Shown here: piece after piece, positions 42,403 to 52,550 of the stretch
How positions within the stretch are numbered: position 1 is the stretch's first letter
Layout of the letters: each line of letters begins with the position of its first letter
DNA from: Nitrosopumilaceae archaeon
GTDB taxonomy: Archaea; Thermoproteota; Nitrososphaeria; Nitrososphaerales; Nitrosopumilaceae
Length of the DNA: 64,000 nt
Assembly (NCBI GenBank): GCA_965207375.1
Contig: OZ242274.1
Location: 1,376,001-1,440,000 of the forward strand
Direction of reading: 5' to 3'
The notes under the pieces: model-generated
The model's database searches: none
Told to the model about the DNA's origin: nothing
Seen by the model: the letters and a program-made list of their open reading frames with translations, nothing else
Made by a program: the position numbers and the translations under genes

Positions 42403-42614
42403 TTAATTTTTAGTAACACTTCGACTTTCTAAAGTTGTGTACGTAAAAAACACCAACCATTGAATTTTTACATTTGATTCAGGCATGGCACTTTATAAAA
42501 TCGATCAGTTACAATCTTTATGATTCTTTTGCATCCGGTACAGATAAAATCCTACAGATTGTTTATGCATGTTCCCAGTATGTGCTGATATCATGACCTG
42601 TAAAACACAGTTCC

Positions 42615-42648
42615 ACATGAGCAAATCAGGGCAGAATTGGCCAAAAGA
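42615..42648. repeat. 34-bp direct repeat, right copy
   Basis: Identical to 41413-41446. Confidence 0.95.
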
Positions 42649-42691
42649 GCCTAACTAATTGCCCTTAATAACAAAATGAAATTTTGTTTCT

Positions 42692-43396
42692 ATGAAAAGC
42701 AAGAACAAAAAATATGGAAATTTTTGCTATCTGTGTAAACTAGTACAGATACCAGAACAACAACTTGCAGTTGCCATATCTACTGCACAAACAGGCAAGC
42801 AGATACAGACAGAAACTCATACGGCATCAAGTGTACAAAGCTATCTAATTACTGTAATAGCAAAAAAAGCAAAAGTAGATGAATATCTGATAAGCATCCA
42901 AAATGCAAAAGACGTCATATTTCAAGGATGGATTCGTCTACACAAACTAAAACGTAGTGGGCGCAAAAAAAATCCTGCAATATCTAACATACTAGACATT
43001 GTGATTCTGTTAGCAATTGCAGGAGCAGCTTCTGGTGCATTTTACTATTTTGCAACTGATAGTTTTGAAACAAATTCAGCAAAAAGTATAGAAATTGTAC
43101 GATTTGATATAACCAAAGTAGGTAATTATTCAGGTAACGGGCTTGCACACGTAATAATTTACACACCTGATGACACAAATGTACGACTCGGAGGTGACAT
43201 TGCAGAAATAAGACTAACAGATGTTGCAGGCAATGCACTAGGCCTAGCTGAAATCCATGCAAGAGCAGACGGTTTTAATGTACACTATGAGGGACTAGTA
43301 AAATTTACAGGTTCAGATGCTGTACAGGGTGAATTTATCCTAGTATCCATACAGTACGGAAATCATCAAGAGGATCATGGCGTGTTGATAAAATGA
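42692..43396 (+). CDS. Pilin-like protein with a long N-terminal leader
   Basis: Internal RKKNPA|ISNILDIVILLAIAG class III-like signal about 95 aa from the start. Confidence 0.65.
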   Translation: MKSKNKKYGNFCYLCKLVQIPEQQLAVAISTAQTGKQIQTETHTASSVQSYLITVIAKKAKVDEYLISIQNAKDVIFQGWIRLHKLKRSGRKKNPAISNILDIVILLAIAGAASGAFYYFATDSFETNSAKSIEIVRFDITKVGNYSGNGLAHVIIYTPDDTNVRLGGDIAEIRLTDVAGNALGLAEIHARADGFNVHYEGLVKFTGSDAVQGEFILVSIQYGNHQEDHGVLIK

Positions 43397-43845
43397 GACA
43401 TGCAGCATTATCTGAGATTCTATCTGCCATTGCAATTATCGGAGTCAGTGCAGTAATTGCCACACTCTTGTATGGTACCTTTGCAGAACAAGATGACGGG
43501 CGTGAAAATACCGCAATTACCATAGCAGAAATTGAAAATGCAAGAGCAACAGAGCTTTTGACAACAACTCATGTACGATGCGATGTTTCACTAGAGTTTT
43601 TCCTGCACAATTATGCCCGTGATGTCACAATACACAAACAAAATCTCAAAATGTTTAGTTCTGATATCAACGGTACGTTAACTCTAATACCACAACATGA
43701 CATTACGTGGATGAATTTTGACGGTGTTATAATTGATGCAATACAAGGGTCTACATCTGCTGATGTTACCATATCTCCATTTGATTGCAGGTATAATCTG
43801 ATACTGTTGACACCTGCAGGCGAGATTGTACAGGTCCGGACATGA
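43393..43845 (+). CDS. Archaeal type IV pilin-like protein
   Basis: MRHAA|LSEILSAIAIIGVS class III signal. Confidence 0.75.
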   Translation: MRHAALSEILSAIAIIGVSAVIATLLYGTFAEQDDGRENTAITIAEIENARATELLTTTHVRCDVSLEFFLHNYARDVTIHKQNLKMFSSDINGTLTLIPQHDITWMNFDGVIIDAIQGSTSADVTISPFDCRYNLILLTPAGEIVQVRT

Positions 43846-46148
43846 TGTATAGAGTATTGTTTGCCATTTTAATTGTAACAGCTATATTCTCACTGGTAGA
43901 AACAGCAGAAGCAGGTGACCGTCCGTGCAGACCATGGGTTACAGGTTCGTTACATTATGATGTGACAGATTCAGATGGAAATCCAAGAAACAACCCAAAT
44001 GAAACACTATACCCCGGCGATGTAGTACGATATGTATTTGATTATGGGTTCAGGGGTACCTGTTATGCCCAAAAGGTTCATCCAGTACAATCTTTTGGTG
44101 CGGTACAATCAATTGGTACTGCACCTACAGGTATAGTCCAAGCTCTAATTGTCCAAACAAATGATTGCCATGGTGGCGGCTCACGTGGGGCATATGGATA
44201 TGGTGGCGATGATTCATGGGTGCGTGGTGATATCCGTACAGATTGTGGCTCGCTTAAAATGAAGGTAACAGCAAAGGAGCGGCACTGCTATCGTACATCA
44301 GAGGGTACCAGATGTATCTACATACCACGCTCTGCAACTGACACAATATATCCTAAAACCACACCGCCCGTAGTTGAGATAAACCTGTACGAGCACGTAC
44401 TAAAAGACGTATACGGATATAATGCAACAAACAAGGACTGGACCAACTATCCCTGGGATCCTATAGCTATAGAACACATTGCAGACTTTGAATATGTAGA
44501 TGAACGCAGTGGTACCATACGGTTTGTTTATGAGCGAACATTTGAGCCACTAGTTGAGGAGGGCGGCTATGAATGTGACAAGCCATGTACAAAACAGTTG
44601 GAGGTAACAGATGGTACACCACTGTCTGCTACAGGTATAGGATTTGTACCATATGAAAAAGAGTCATCAAACGGCGGTGGAATGTATGCATATACTGCAC
44701 CAACACTAAACCATTCTGGAAATCATATGATACGATACGATGTTACAATACTAAATGAGGGTGCCATGATAAACACACATACAAATCAGACAGAGCAACT
44801 TGTGGTAGATTATAGTCCTGTATTTTCTCACTATGAATTTCCTGTACTTGCTGACTTGAAAAAATATGCCTATGATGACAGACAAGGAATGGTAATACTG
44901 TATAATGGCTCTATAGGTACAGGTCCAGATGATGAGTACAAGTTGCATCCGGACAGACGTTCACGAATAAACGCATTTTATGCAAATACGACCTTGTGGT
45001 CAGAATATGTAGGGATTTCACCGGTTGGCATAGATCCTGTCTTGTTGCAATGGGATTCTATCCATCATGTCAACGGAACTGACCCTGACGGCTGGCTCAG
45101 TACGGGCAAGGGTCATGCAATGTTTATACATGACAGTTATGGTGTGCTGTATCTTGACCAGAAAATTGCAGATATTGTAAAACGCCAAGAAAATATAGAC
45201 CTGTGGAGATACAATGTCACAACATACAACGAGATAGCTTCAGACAGGTGGGCAGGTCACGAATCGTATCGCAATTGGAACTATACCTATCAGTATCCCC
45301 ATACACCGTTTGCAACCTGGTATCATGTGACAACGTATCTTGCAGACGGGACACCTGCTGATTCCACACGCCTTGCACTTTATTCAAAAGTTTTTGAACC
45401 AGTACACAGTATACCTGAAACTCTTGAAAATGATTCAAAGGTAATTCTGTACGTGGATGATTACATGTATCACAAAACGATACATGATACTGGAGACCCA
45501 CACTTTGCAACAGCAGTAAGAGATGCAGTATATTTGATACACAACACAGATTATGGTACAGGCAGTATCTCACTATGGTTTGTAAAACCTGCTATAGAAT
45601 TTCAATACGGATATCTTCCATATGACATACTTGATTTGTCCAGATATTTAGCACTTGATTTGGACACACAGGTCGAAACTATAGTTACTGCTGATGATAT
45701 AGATGTAAATCGAATCTTCAAACTTGATTTAGAGTATGACTATACAGAAACTTTTATGATCCAAAATGATGTCGTCATACCCGAGGTGGTACGCCGAAAT
45801 AACAGTCTTGGTGCCACAAATATTGTAGATATTTCAGTACCCAGACACTTTGGTGACATATATCGGATATATGTAGGTGATGTGCCAGTGGATATAACCT
45901 CTGAATGTATCAATACATGTAGTATAGTCACCTCCCTTTCTGGAAATGTTACTGTTCAAAATATCTGGGGTGTAAATTCATCTGATAATGTCATATTAAA
46001 TGAAACAGCACAAATTATACCACCAGATGTAGAACAGACCTACAGGGCAGTAAAAGATTACATCATAATGTCAGCAATTGCAGGCCTTGTAATGTATATT
46101 GTGTACAAGGCCCTCAAATTTGCATATGCTAGATCAATGGAGACGTAA
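43842..46148 (+). CDS. Large secreted protein with C-terminal TM anchor (possible adhesin)
   Basis: Signal peptide ...AEA, Cys pairs, C-terminal TM helix. Confidence 0.75.
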   Translation: MMYRVLFAILIVTAIFSLVETAEAGDRPCRPWVTGSLHYDVTDSDGNPRNNPNETLYPGDVVRYVFDYGFRGTCYAQKVHPVQSFGAVQSIGTAPTGIVQALIVQTNDCHGGGSRGAYGYGGDDSWVRGDIRTDCGSLKMKVTAKERHCYRTSEGTRCIYIPRSATDTIYPKTTPPVVEINLYEHVLKDVYGYNATNKDWTNYPWDPIAIEHIADFEYVDERSGTIRFVYERTFEPLVEEGGYECDKPCTKQLEVTDGTPLSATGIGFVPYEKESSNGGGMYAYTAPTLNHSGNHMIRYDVTILNEGAMINTHTNQTEQLVVDYSPVFSHYEFPVLADLKKYAYDDRQGMVILYNGSIGTGPDDEYKLHPDRRSRINAFYANTTLWSEYVGISPVGIDPVLLQWDSIHHVNGTDPDGWLSTGKGHAMFIHDSYGVLYLDQKIADIVKRQENIDLWRYNVTTYNEIASDRWAGHESYRNWNYTYQYPHTPFATWYHVTTYLADGTPADSTRLALYSKVFEPVHSIPETLENDSKVILYVDDYMYHKTIHDTGDPHFATAVRDAVYLIHNTDYGTGSISLWFVKPAIEFQYGYLPYDILDLSRYLALDLDTQVETIVTADDIDVNRIFKLDLEYDYTETFMIQNDVVIPEVVRRNNSLGATNIVDISVPRHFGDIYRIYVGDVPVDITSECINTCSIVTSLSGNVTVQNIWGVNSSDNVILNETAQIIPPDVEQTYRAVKDYIIMSAIAGLVMYIVYKALKFAYARSMET

Positions 46149-46546
46149 AACTGTCCATTTGATTTTAATCAAAACTGACCAACCTACTAGAGTTATCTTT
46201 GTTTAGTGAATTGGTACTTGTTCACCTATTTTTGAGCATTTCTGGCCCTAAATGTATCGGACCAACTCTGCCAGATAATCCTGTCCTGTATTCTTCCAGG
46301 TGGTAACACACGTATGCAGATTGCCTCTACGCTTCATACTCTTCAGATCTGAGACATCCATGTATTCTCCGGCACACAACATACTCACGCAGACTCTGCT
46401 CTGCAAGATTGCTTGTAGATGATATACAAGTATCTAGGACAAACCGGAACATGTCAGGTATGGCTCGTGACAGTTTTGCTACAAATTTACCCACAATTTC
46501 ATCATTGGCATACCTTTTGACAAGGTTATGTATTTTTTCCAATTGT

Positions 46547-48022
46547 TAGTTAGTGTTATAACCCCTCTCTATTTCCACATGAGGGACATAGTACACCAAT
46601 GTTCAAGTCGTATGTTTATGCTATTGCCCTCCTTTGTACCTGTAACATCTTGTTGTAGATGTGTACCTTGAGATTAATCTCTTGTATGATGTTTTCCCAC
46701 GTTACAACAGATACCGAATCACCAAACAGTCGCTTAATTGATGATATTGCTATCTCAACTATCCATCTTTTGCCATATTGCACCCTTTTTTTCCAGACCT
46801 TCCTGTTTGCCTCGCGTTCTTCTTTTGTCAGATGTGCAAATTTTTTAGGATCTGATACACCACCACCTAGTTGATCAATGGCTGCAAGAGTACGATCCCT
46901 ACTGACACCATCTGAACGCGTATTTGCATTGTGTTTTATTCTGATGCATGGTTTGATTTTTAGCTTTTTACATAATGCAAATATTTTACGCGAGTCAAAC
47001 CCACCGTCTGCCCGCACGACTATTTTTAATTCATCCAATAATTCATTATTCAGAGATTGATATTCTTGCATGTCGTCTTCATCTTTCTGTGAATCTGCAA
47101 TTGGATGTTCTGGGTCATCTGCTTTTTGACATGCTGATTGATCCTCATTTGATTTCTCTGCTTGGTTAATTCTGTCTGCAACATCTATACCGCAGTTTTC
47201 TAGTGCAGTACACGTAAGTTCCTCAAACTGTGGGGCCTCACCTATCCTTTCATCTGTTACGCTAAAGGAGAGTATCTCACGCGTGTCAGTATCTACAACA
47301 ATGACAAACCTGATGAATCCGTGCTGTACTTTGTGCCTGTACCTGATGTATTCGCTTCTCTTACTGGGACTGAGACCAGTACCATCAGGTGCAAGATGAA
47401 GTGCACTCTTTTTGCCTTGTGCCGTAATGAGGCCATCTTTGATTGACACCTTGACGGTTTTCATTCTTTTTTGGATCTGACTAAAGCTTGGAACATACTC
47501 TTGGCCTAGTGCCTCTGTTGCAAAGCCTTCTAGTATGCGATAGGATAATCCACAAAATGCCCTCATTGTTGCAAGAGCTAGTATTGTAGATTCTGCGTAT
47601 CTGTAAGGGTGACCGTTTTTCTTTTTGTTGGCTCTTTTGAGTTCATCGTCATGATCTGGATTTTTTTTGGGATATATCATGCGTCCAACTGCTAGATATC
47701 TTGCATCGTTTTGTGCATTGGTCATCTTTAGACGTGATTTTTGCTTTGGTTTACTCGAAACTTTTTGCTCTGTCAATACTGTGACCTCCTGTAAATCATG
47801 TATCATGCGTTGCCGAAGATTTTATACCTCCTTGGTTTGTATTGTATCAGGATTGTTTGCTCATCTCTTATGTGCAATCTGAGATGAGTAGGCAATCCTA
47901 CTATTTGGATCTGAAAGGTCAAACTTTGTCTATTGTGTGATCAAATTGATTTCTCCCAGACCGAATCTGGCCTGAAAATTGCAAATTTTGAAAAATTCTA
48001 GGCAGGGTTATAACACAAACTA
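46547..48022 (-). mobile_element. IS5-family element nested in the IS66 remnant
   Basis: 18-bp TIR TAGTT(A/T)GTGTTATAACCC; 8-bp TSD CCAATTGT (46539-46546, 48023-48030). Confidence 0.92.
46616..47806 (-). CDS. IS5-family transposase
   Basis: PDGTG, ADGGFD, YGKRWIVEIAISSIKRLFG DDE motifs. Confidence 0.9.
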   Translation of the reverse strand: MIHDLQEVTVLTEQKVSSKPKQKSRLKMTNAQNDARYLAVGRMIYPKKNPDHDDELKRANKKKNGHPYRYAESTILALATMRAFCGLSYRILEGFATEALGQEYVPSFSQIQKRMKTVKVSIKDGLITAQGKKSALHLAPDGTGLSPSKRSEYIRYRHKVQHGFIRFVIVVDTDTREILSFSVTDERIGEAPQFEELTCTALENCGIDVADRINQAEKSNEDQSACQKADDPEHPIADSQKDEDDMQEYQSLNNELLDELKIVVRADGGFDSRKIFALCKKLKIKPCIRIKHNANTRSDGVSRDRTLAAIDQLGGGVSDPKKFAHLTKEEREANRKVWKKRVQYGKRWIVEIAISSIKRLFGDSVSVVTWENIIQEINLKVHIYNKMLQVQRRAIA

Positions 48023-48077
48023 CCAATTGTACAGCATATGATTCTATATACTCAGGCGGTTTGTCTAGTACATGCTT

Positions 48078-48300
48078 CATGACTCACTTGATACCTCCAA
48101 ATTAGAGACTCCTGCACAGGCATTTGCAAGAAAGATGCCTCCTGAAGACATAGTCGAGGAGGTCACAAAATGACTACCCATTACTGGAGTGGAAATGGTA
48201 CTAGAAATCCAATGACATGTAGAGGTGTGAAATCCTAATGAAATTCAAATTAATCGATTATGGGAGTCTAACGGGGGTGAACTACTTTTGGGATCCTACA
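48078..48300 (+). mobile_element. Probable IS481-like 3' remnant
   Basis: HDSLDTSKLETPAQAFARKMPP C-terminal motif; ends ...GGATCCTACA at the gltX junction. Confidence 0.5.
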
Positions 48301-48731
48301 CTTTCTGGATTTGTATCATCAAACCTGAGAATCTTTTTCCCTCCATACATGTTGACATATTCTGAATTAATTATTGTAGCCTTGGCATGTCCTATGTGTG
48401 GATAGCCATTTGGTTCCGGAGGAAATCGTGTGACGATATTTCCATTTATTGCATCCTCTAACTGAGGCAACGGAGTCTTCTGCTTGGGTTTTTCTTTTTC
48501 AACCATATTTGGAAAATCCCTTTGTAATTGCTCTTTTTGTTGTGACATTGTTAAATTATTTACTTCCTCAACTATTGGCGCAATTTGAATTGAAATTTCT
48601 TTAACCCTTGTTCTCAATTCTGGCAATGTGCCTAGGATCTTTGCCAAGATTACCTTGTCTTTGGTCTTACCATCATGCTCTGAGGCATTCTGTAAGGCAA
48701 ACCTTTGTATTTCCTTTTTTATCTCGTCCAA
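48301..48731 (-). pseudogene. gltX: Glutamyl-tRNA synthetase N-terminal fragment
   Basis: [19 protein letters not shown] (HIGH) and LRFDDTNPE, then abrupt end. Confidence 0.9.
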
Positions 48732-49007
48732 TTTATCTGCAAATCATGTCTATGACGGCTTTTTTATACTAACTACCACGAGTTTGTCAATCAAACAGAT
48801 GAGTAATGTAAATGTAATTCTAGAATCCCGATGATTTTAGGCACAAATTCAAAACATAATCAAAAAATGTTAATGTCACATCTAAACTCTATTTTTTATT
48901 TCGTCATTATCTGAACTATTTAATTTCATGAAAAATATGTTGACACCTGTAAAACAGAATAGAATCTAGGTACGATATCATAGGTTACAAAGAGATGATA
49001 CAAGTGC

Positions 49008-51023
49008 TTAATTTGCAGCCTCTAATTTCTTCAAGGTGTCAGCAATTTGTGCCCAGAGTGAACTAGAATATTTTTGGGTATTGTTTTGAGCCTCTGCTGC
49101 AGTCATTGGATTGTCATGTTCTGTAATGTTAAATGCTGCAAGTGTTCTATTCCATAAATCAGCTTGTTCTTTTACAGCTTCAATCAAAGTTGCATTTATC
49201 GTGTATGTTGGTTCAGGTACTGGTTCTACTATAGGTGTTGGTTCTATTGGTTCAACCTGTGGTGAATCTTGAGCAACGGCTGATGTGTGGTTAATTTGTG
49301 GTATGTGTATTTCCTGTGGTTCTTGCTGTGGTGTATTTTGTGTTGCATTTTGTTGCTGTTGTTGTTGTTGTTGTTGTTGTTGTTGCTGTTGTTGTTGTTG
49401 TTGTTGCTGTTGTTGTTCAATTACAGCCTCACGCTCTTGTAAGATATTTGCAATTTTTACCCATAATGGACTAGAGTATTTCTTTGTATTTGCCTGAGCC
49501 TCTGCTGCAGTAAGTGGATTATCATGTTGTATCACTCCAAAGGCTGCAAGTGCTCTATTCCATCTGTCAACGTGATCATGACCGTGATGTGTCATAGATG
49601 CAAGGTACTTTATATCCTCAATTAGTTCTGGGTCAGCTGTAGGTATTGGTATAGATTCTGGTACAATTATCGGTGTATCTTGAGCAATATTTGATGTATG
49701 ATTAATTTGTGGTACGTGTATTTCCTGTGGTTGCTGTGGTGAATCTTGAGGTTGCTGTGAGGCAGCATCCCTTGCAGCCTCTAATTTCTTTAATTCTTCA
49801 TATACCAAATTCCAAAATGGCACGTTACTGTATTTTTCTACATTGGCTAGAGCCTCTGCTGCAGTCATAGGATTATCATGTTGTATCACTCCAAATGCTG
49901 CCAAAACTCTATTCCATAAATCAACGTGATCTGCACCAAGCTGCGTTTGTGCTGCCATTATCTTTGCACCGTCTATTACTGATGGATCAATTTCATCATA
50001 CGGATTTTCTGGTATTGGAACGCCAGATTTGATGCCACTGGTGCCACCGTCATCATCAATTACTACCACGTCAACTCTGGTCGGCCCGACTATACTGTAG
50101 GAGGAATGAGGATTTATCGTACATGTAACAACACTGGGCGGTTCCTGTACAGAATCCCCCACCGTTCTAACTACTTCAAAATTGCCATTGACTGTTTGGG
50201 ATCCTAGAGAATCACCATCTAGCATGTTTCCAGTTTCGCTAATGGTGAAAAATACTAGGGGTGAGCCGCCGCTTCTATCCCAATGGCATTCAAAGGTTTG
50301 CCCCTCCGTTATCGTGCCGCCGGGTGCAGTGGTTCTCAAGTTACTTATTGTAGGTAGTACAGAGGTAGTAGCACCAAACGAAGCCTCCCAATAATGTTGG
50401 CTGCTTTGTATTATATCTGATGGAGTGTTTGAATTTATCCAGTCATGAAGGTATGGGTTATCTGCAGTGCGTTGTGTTATTGGTGAAACATGGAAAAGTA
50501 GTGATTCACCATTTACTCTATTTGATCCTGTGTTTGTGCTCCATGAGGCAGTACCTGATGTGTCTCCTGCATTGATGGTTATCTTTTTGAAGAGCCAAGG
50601 ATTGTCGCCTCTAAATGTTTCAGTGTCGCTGCTAGTGCCGCCTACTGTGGCCATATTGGAATTATCACATCTATTTGCTGTACCGTGTGGCTTGGAACTG
50701 TGAGATAATTGACAGTTATCAATTTGGGCCCAAAATTCTATTGTTCCTCTTGCTGCCTGATCTAGCGTTACAGTTACTGTGAAGGGGTGACCGTGACCTG
50801 CATTGCTGAATGTGACTTGAGCCTTGTTTGTCCCACCATCATTTCTATAAAATTGAGGGGACATTGACTCGGATGAATCCTCTTGGTGACAGAATTGGTT
50901 AGTCAGTGATTGGGTTCTAATGTCCCAACATAACTCATGCTCGGAGAATGCCTCTGGTGTTTGAACACCAAACAATAATGATATAGAAACTGCCGTAATA
51001 ACTGCAAAGTATAAGGTTTTCAC
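49008..51023 (-). CDS. Secreted repeat protein: Calx-beta-like domain, three DHVDxWNRxLAAFG modules and polyQ
   Basis: Signal peptide; ITEG...VVVIDDD; repeated module of about 65 aa (third partial); Q-run. Confidence 0.8.
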   Translation of the reverse strand: MKTLYFAVITAVSISLLFGVQTPEAFSEHELCWDIRTQSLTNQFCHQEDSSESMSPQFYRNDGGTNKAQVTFSNAGHGHPFTVTVTLDQAARGTIEFWAQIDNCQLSHSSKPHGTANRCDNSNMATVGGTSSDTETFRGDNPWLFKKITINAGDTSGTASWSTNTGSNRVNGESLLFHVSPITQRTADNPYLHDWINSNTPSDIIQSSQHYWEASFGATTSVLPTISNLRTTAPGGTITEGQTFECHWDRSGGSPLVFFTISETGNMLDGDSLGSQTVNGNFEVVRTVGDSVQEPPSVVTCTINPHSSYSIVGPTRVDVVVIDDDGGTSGIKSGVPIPENPYDEIDPSVIDGAKIMAAQTQLGADHVDLWNRVLAAFGVIQHDNPMTAAEALANVEKYSNVPFWNLVYEELKKLEAARDAASQQPQDSPQQPQEIHVPQINHTSNIAQDTPIIVPESIPIPTADPELIEDIKYLASMTHHGHDHVDRWNRALAAFGVIQHDNPLTAAEAQANTKKYSSPLWVKIANILQEREAVIEQQQQQQQQQQQQQQQQQQQQQQNATQNTPQQEPQEIHIPQINHTSAVAQDSPQVEPIEPTPIVEPVPEPTYTINATLIEAVKEQADLWNRTLAAFNITEHDNPMTAAEAQNNTQKYSSSLWAQIADTLKKLEAAN
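49348..49416. repeat. CAA/CAG microsatellite encoding polyglutamine
   Basis: About 22 consecutive Gln codons on the minus strand. Confidence 0.9.
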
Positions 51024-51300
51024 GAAATTACGGGGGGGGGGGGTTCTAAAAATGTTGCGATTTAGATGATGGTTTATCTACTGATTTTAGTTGATCATTT
51101 ACAAACTAAAGTTACTTCAGAATCGATCTACGAAAATAATGATAAATTTTTACACACAAGTACAGTTTAAAATCACTTATTGTGATAATATTATAACCAT
51201 ATTTAGAAATATGATCGATTACTAGTCAATTTATGATTATTTATATGTCAATAAAAACATTCTTTACAAGATTAAATGTCTTAATTCCTCATGATTATAA

Positions 51301-51855
51301 ATGACAATAGATGTATTTGATGCAATTGCATTAACTATTCATGCAAATGATAATGAGATTATTAGTAAAACCACAGTACAAAAATTAATTTATTTTCACA
51401 CTACTTTGATCAAGAATTTAGACATTTCCGATTATACCCATCATTACTATGGCCCATTTAGTAGAGACGTATCTATAGCATTAGAAGACATGTCTGAATT
51501 TTCATATATAGATCAAAACATTATTTCAGGATATTATGAAACTTATAGATATAGATTAACCAATAGTGGAATCAACTATGCACAAACTACTGCAAATAAA
51601 TATCCTGATGAATTCAAAGAAATTTTGAAGACAATTCAAATATGTAACAAATATTGTAAATTGAAACCTGTACCATTATCATATGCCGCAAAATCTCATT
51701 ATATTTTAGTAAATTCTAAAGATAAACTTGAAAAAACACATTATGCAGAAGATGTAAAAACAATCGCTAAAGATTTTGATTGGAATATTTCTACAAAAGA
51801 TGCAGAAACTGGACTTGAATTACTTCAAAAGCTAAATCTTGTCTCTTCCACATAA
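51301..51855 (+). CDS. Winged-helix protein (YwgA-like)
   Basis: KTTVQKLIYF...YYGPFSRDV...YRLTNSG; upstream of an HD hydrolase. Confidence 0.7.
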   Translation: MTIDVFDAIALTIHANDNEIISKTTVQKLIYFHTTLIKNLDISDYTHHYYGPFSRDVSIALEDMSEFSYIDQNIISGYYETYRYRLTNSGINYAQTTANKYPDEFKEILKTIQICNKYCKLKPVPLSYAAKSHYILVNSKDKLEKTHYAEDVKTIAKDFDWNISTKDAETGLELLQKLNLVSST

Positions 51856-52550
51856 TTATTTTCGTTCTAAAGCAATTCGAGATCCTCTCTATGGATTTAT
51901 TGATCTTTCTGAATTAGAAATTAAAGTAATTGACACAGAAATTTTTAGAAGATTGCAATTCATAAAACAACTTTCTCATACTTATGTTGTATACCCATCT
52001 TCATTTCATACCCGATTTGAACATTCCTTAGGAACTTTACATGTGTCCAATATTATGGCAAATGAATTAAATTTTACAGATCAAAAAGATATTGAAAGAA
52101 TAAGACTATCATGTTTACTTCACGATATTGGCCATGGTCCATTTTCTCATTTGTTTGAATCCATAATGGAAAAAATTAATCCCACAATTACCGAACCACA
52201 TGAAAAAATTTCAAAAATTATTATAAAAGAAAATTCAGAATTAGATTCAGTTTTAGGCTCAAAAACAAATGAAATTATAGAATTACTAGAGAAAAAGATC
52301 GATTCCCATAAAGAACCTAAAAAATCTCTTCAAGCAGATATTGTTTCAAGTGGAATTGATGCAGACAAATTAGATTATCTCAGACGAGATTCTTACCATA
52401 TTGGTGTGACATATGGACAATTTGATTTTGATAGAATTCTTCACACTCTTACTACTACTCCAAAAAATTCTCAAATTTGTATTAGTAAGAAAGGAAAAGA
52501 TGCTCTTGAAAATTACAGATTAGCACGTTATTTAATGTACGCACAAGTTT

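Larger units (their letters stand above)
46214..48077 (-). mobile_element. IS66 3' remnant interrupted by an IS5 element
   Basis: TIR GTACTTGTTCAC at 46214; sequence matches 19770-20155 and resumes after 48023. Confidence 0.88.

Noticed and set aside
48282-48731. Functional mini glutamyl-tRNA synthetase serving the tRNA-like RNA
   Set aside because: It lacks most of the catalytic domain, including KMSKS, and ends exactly at an IS-like end.
49285-49497. Poly-cysteine ORF
   Set aside because: Antisense shadow of the polyglutamine tract.
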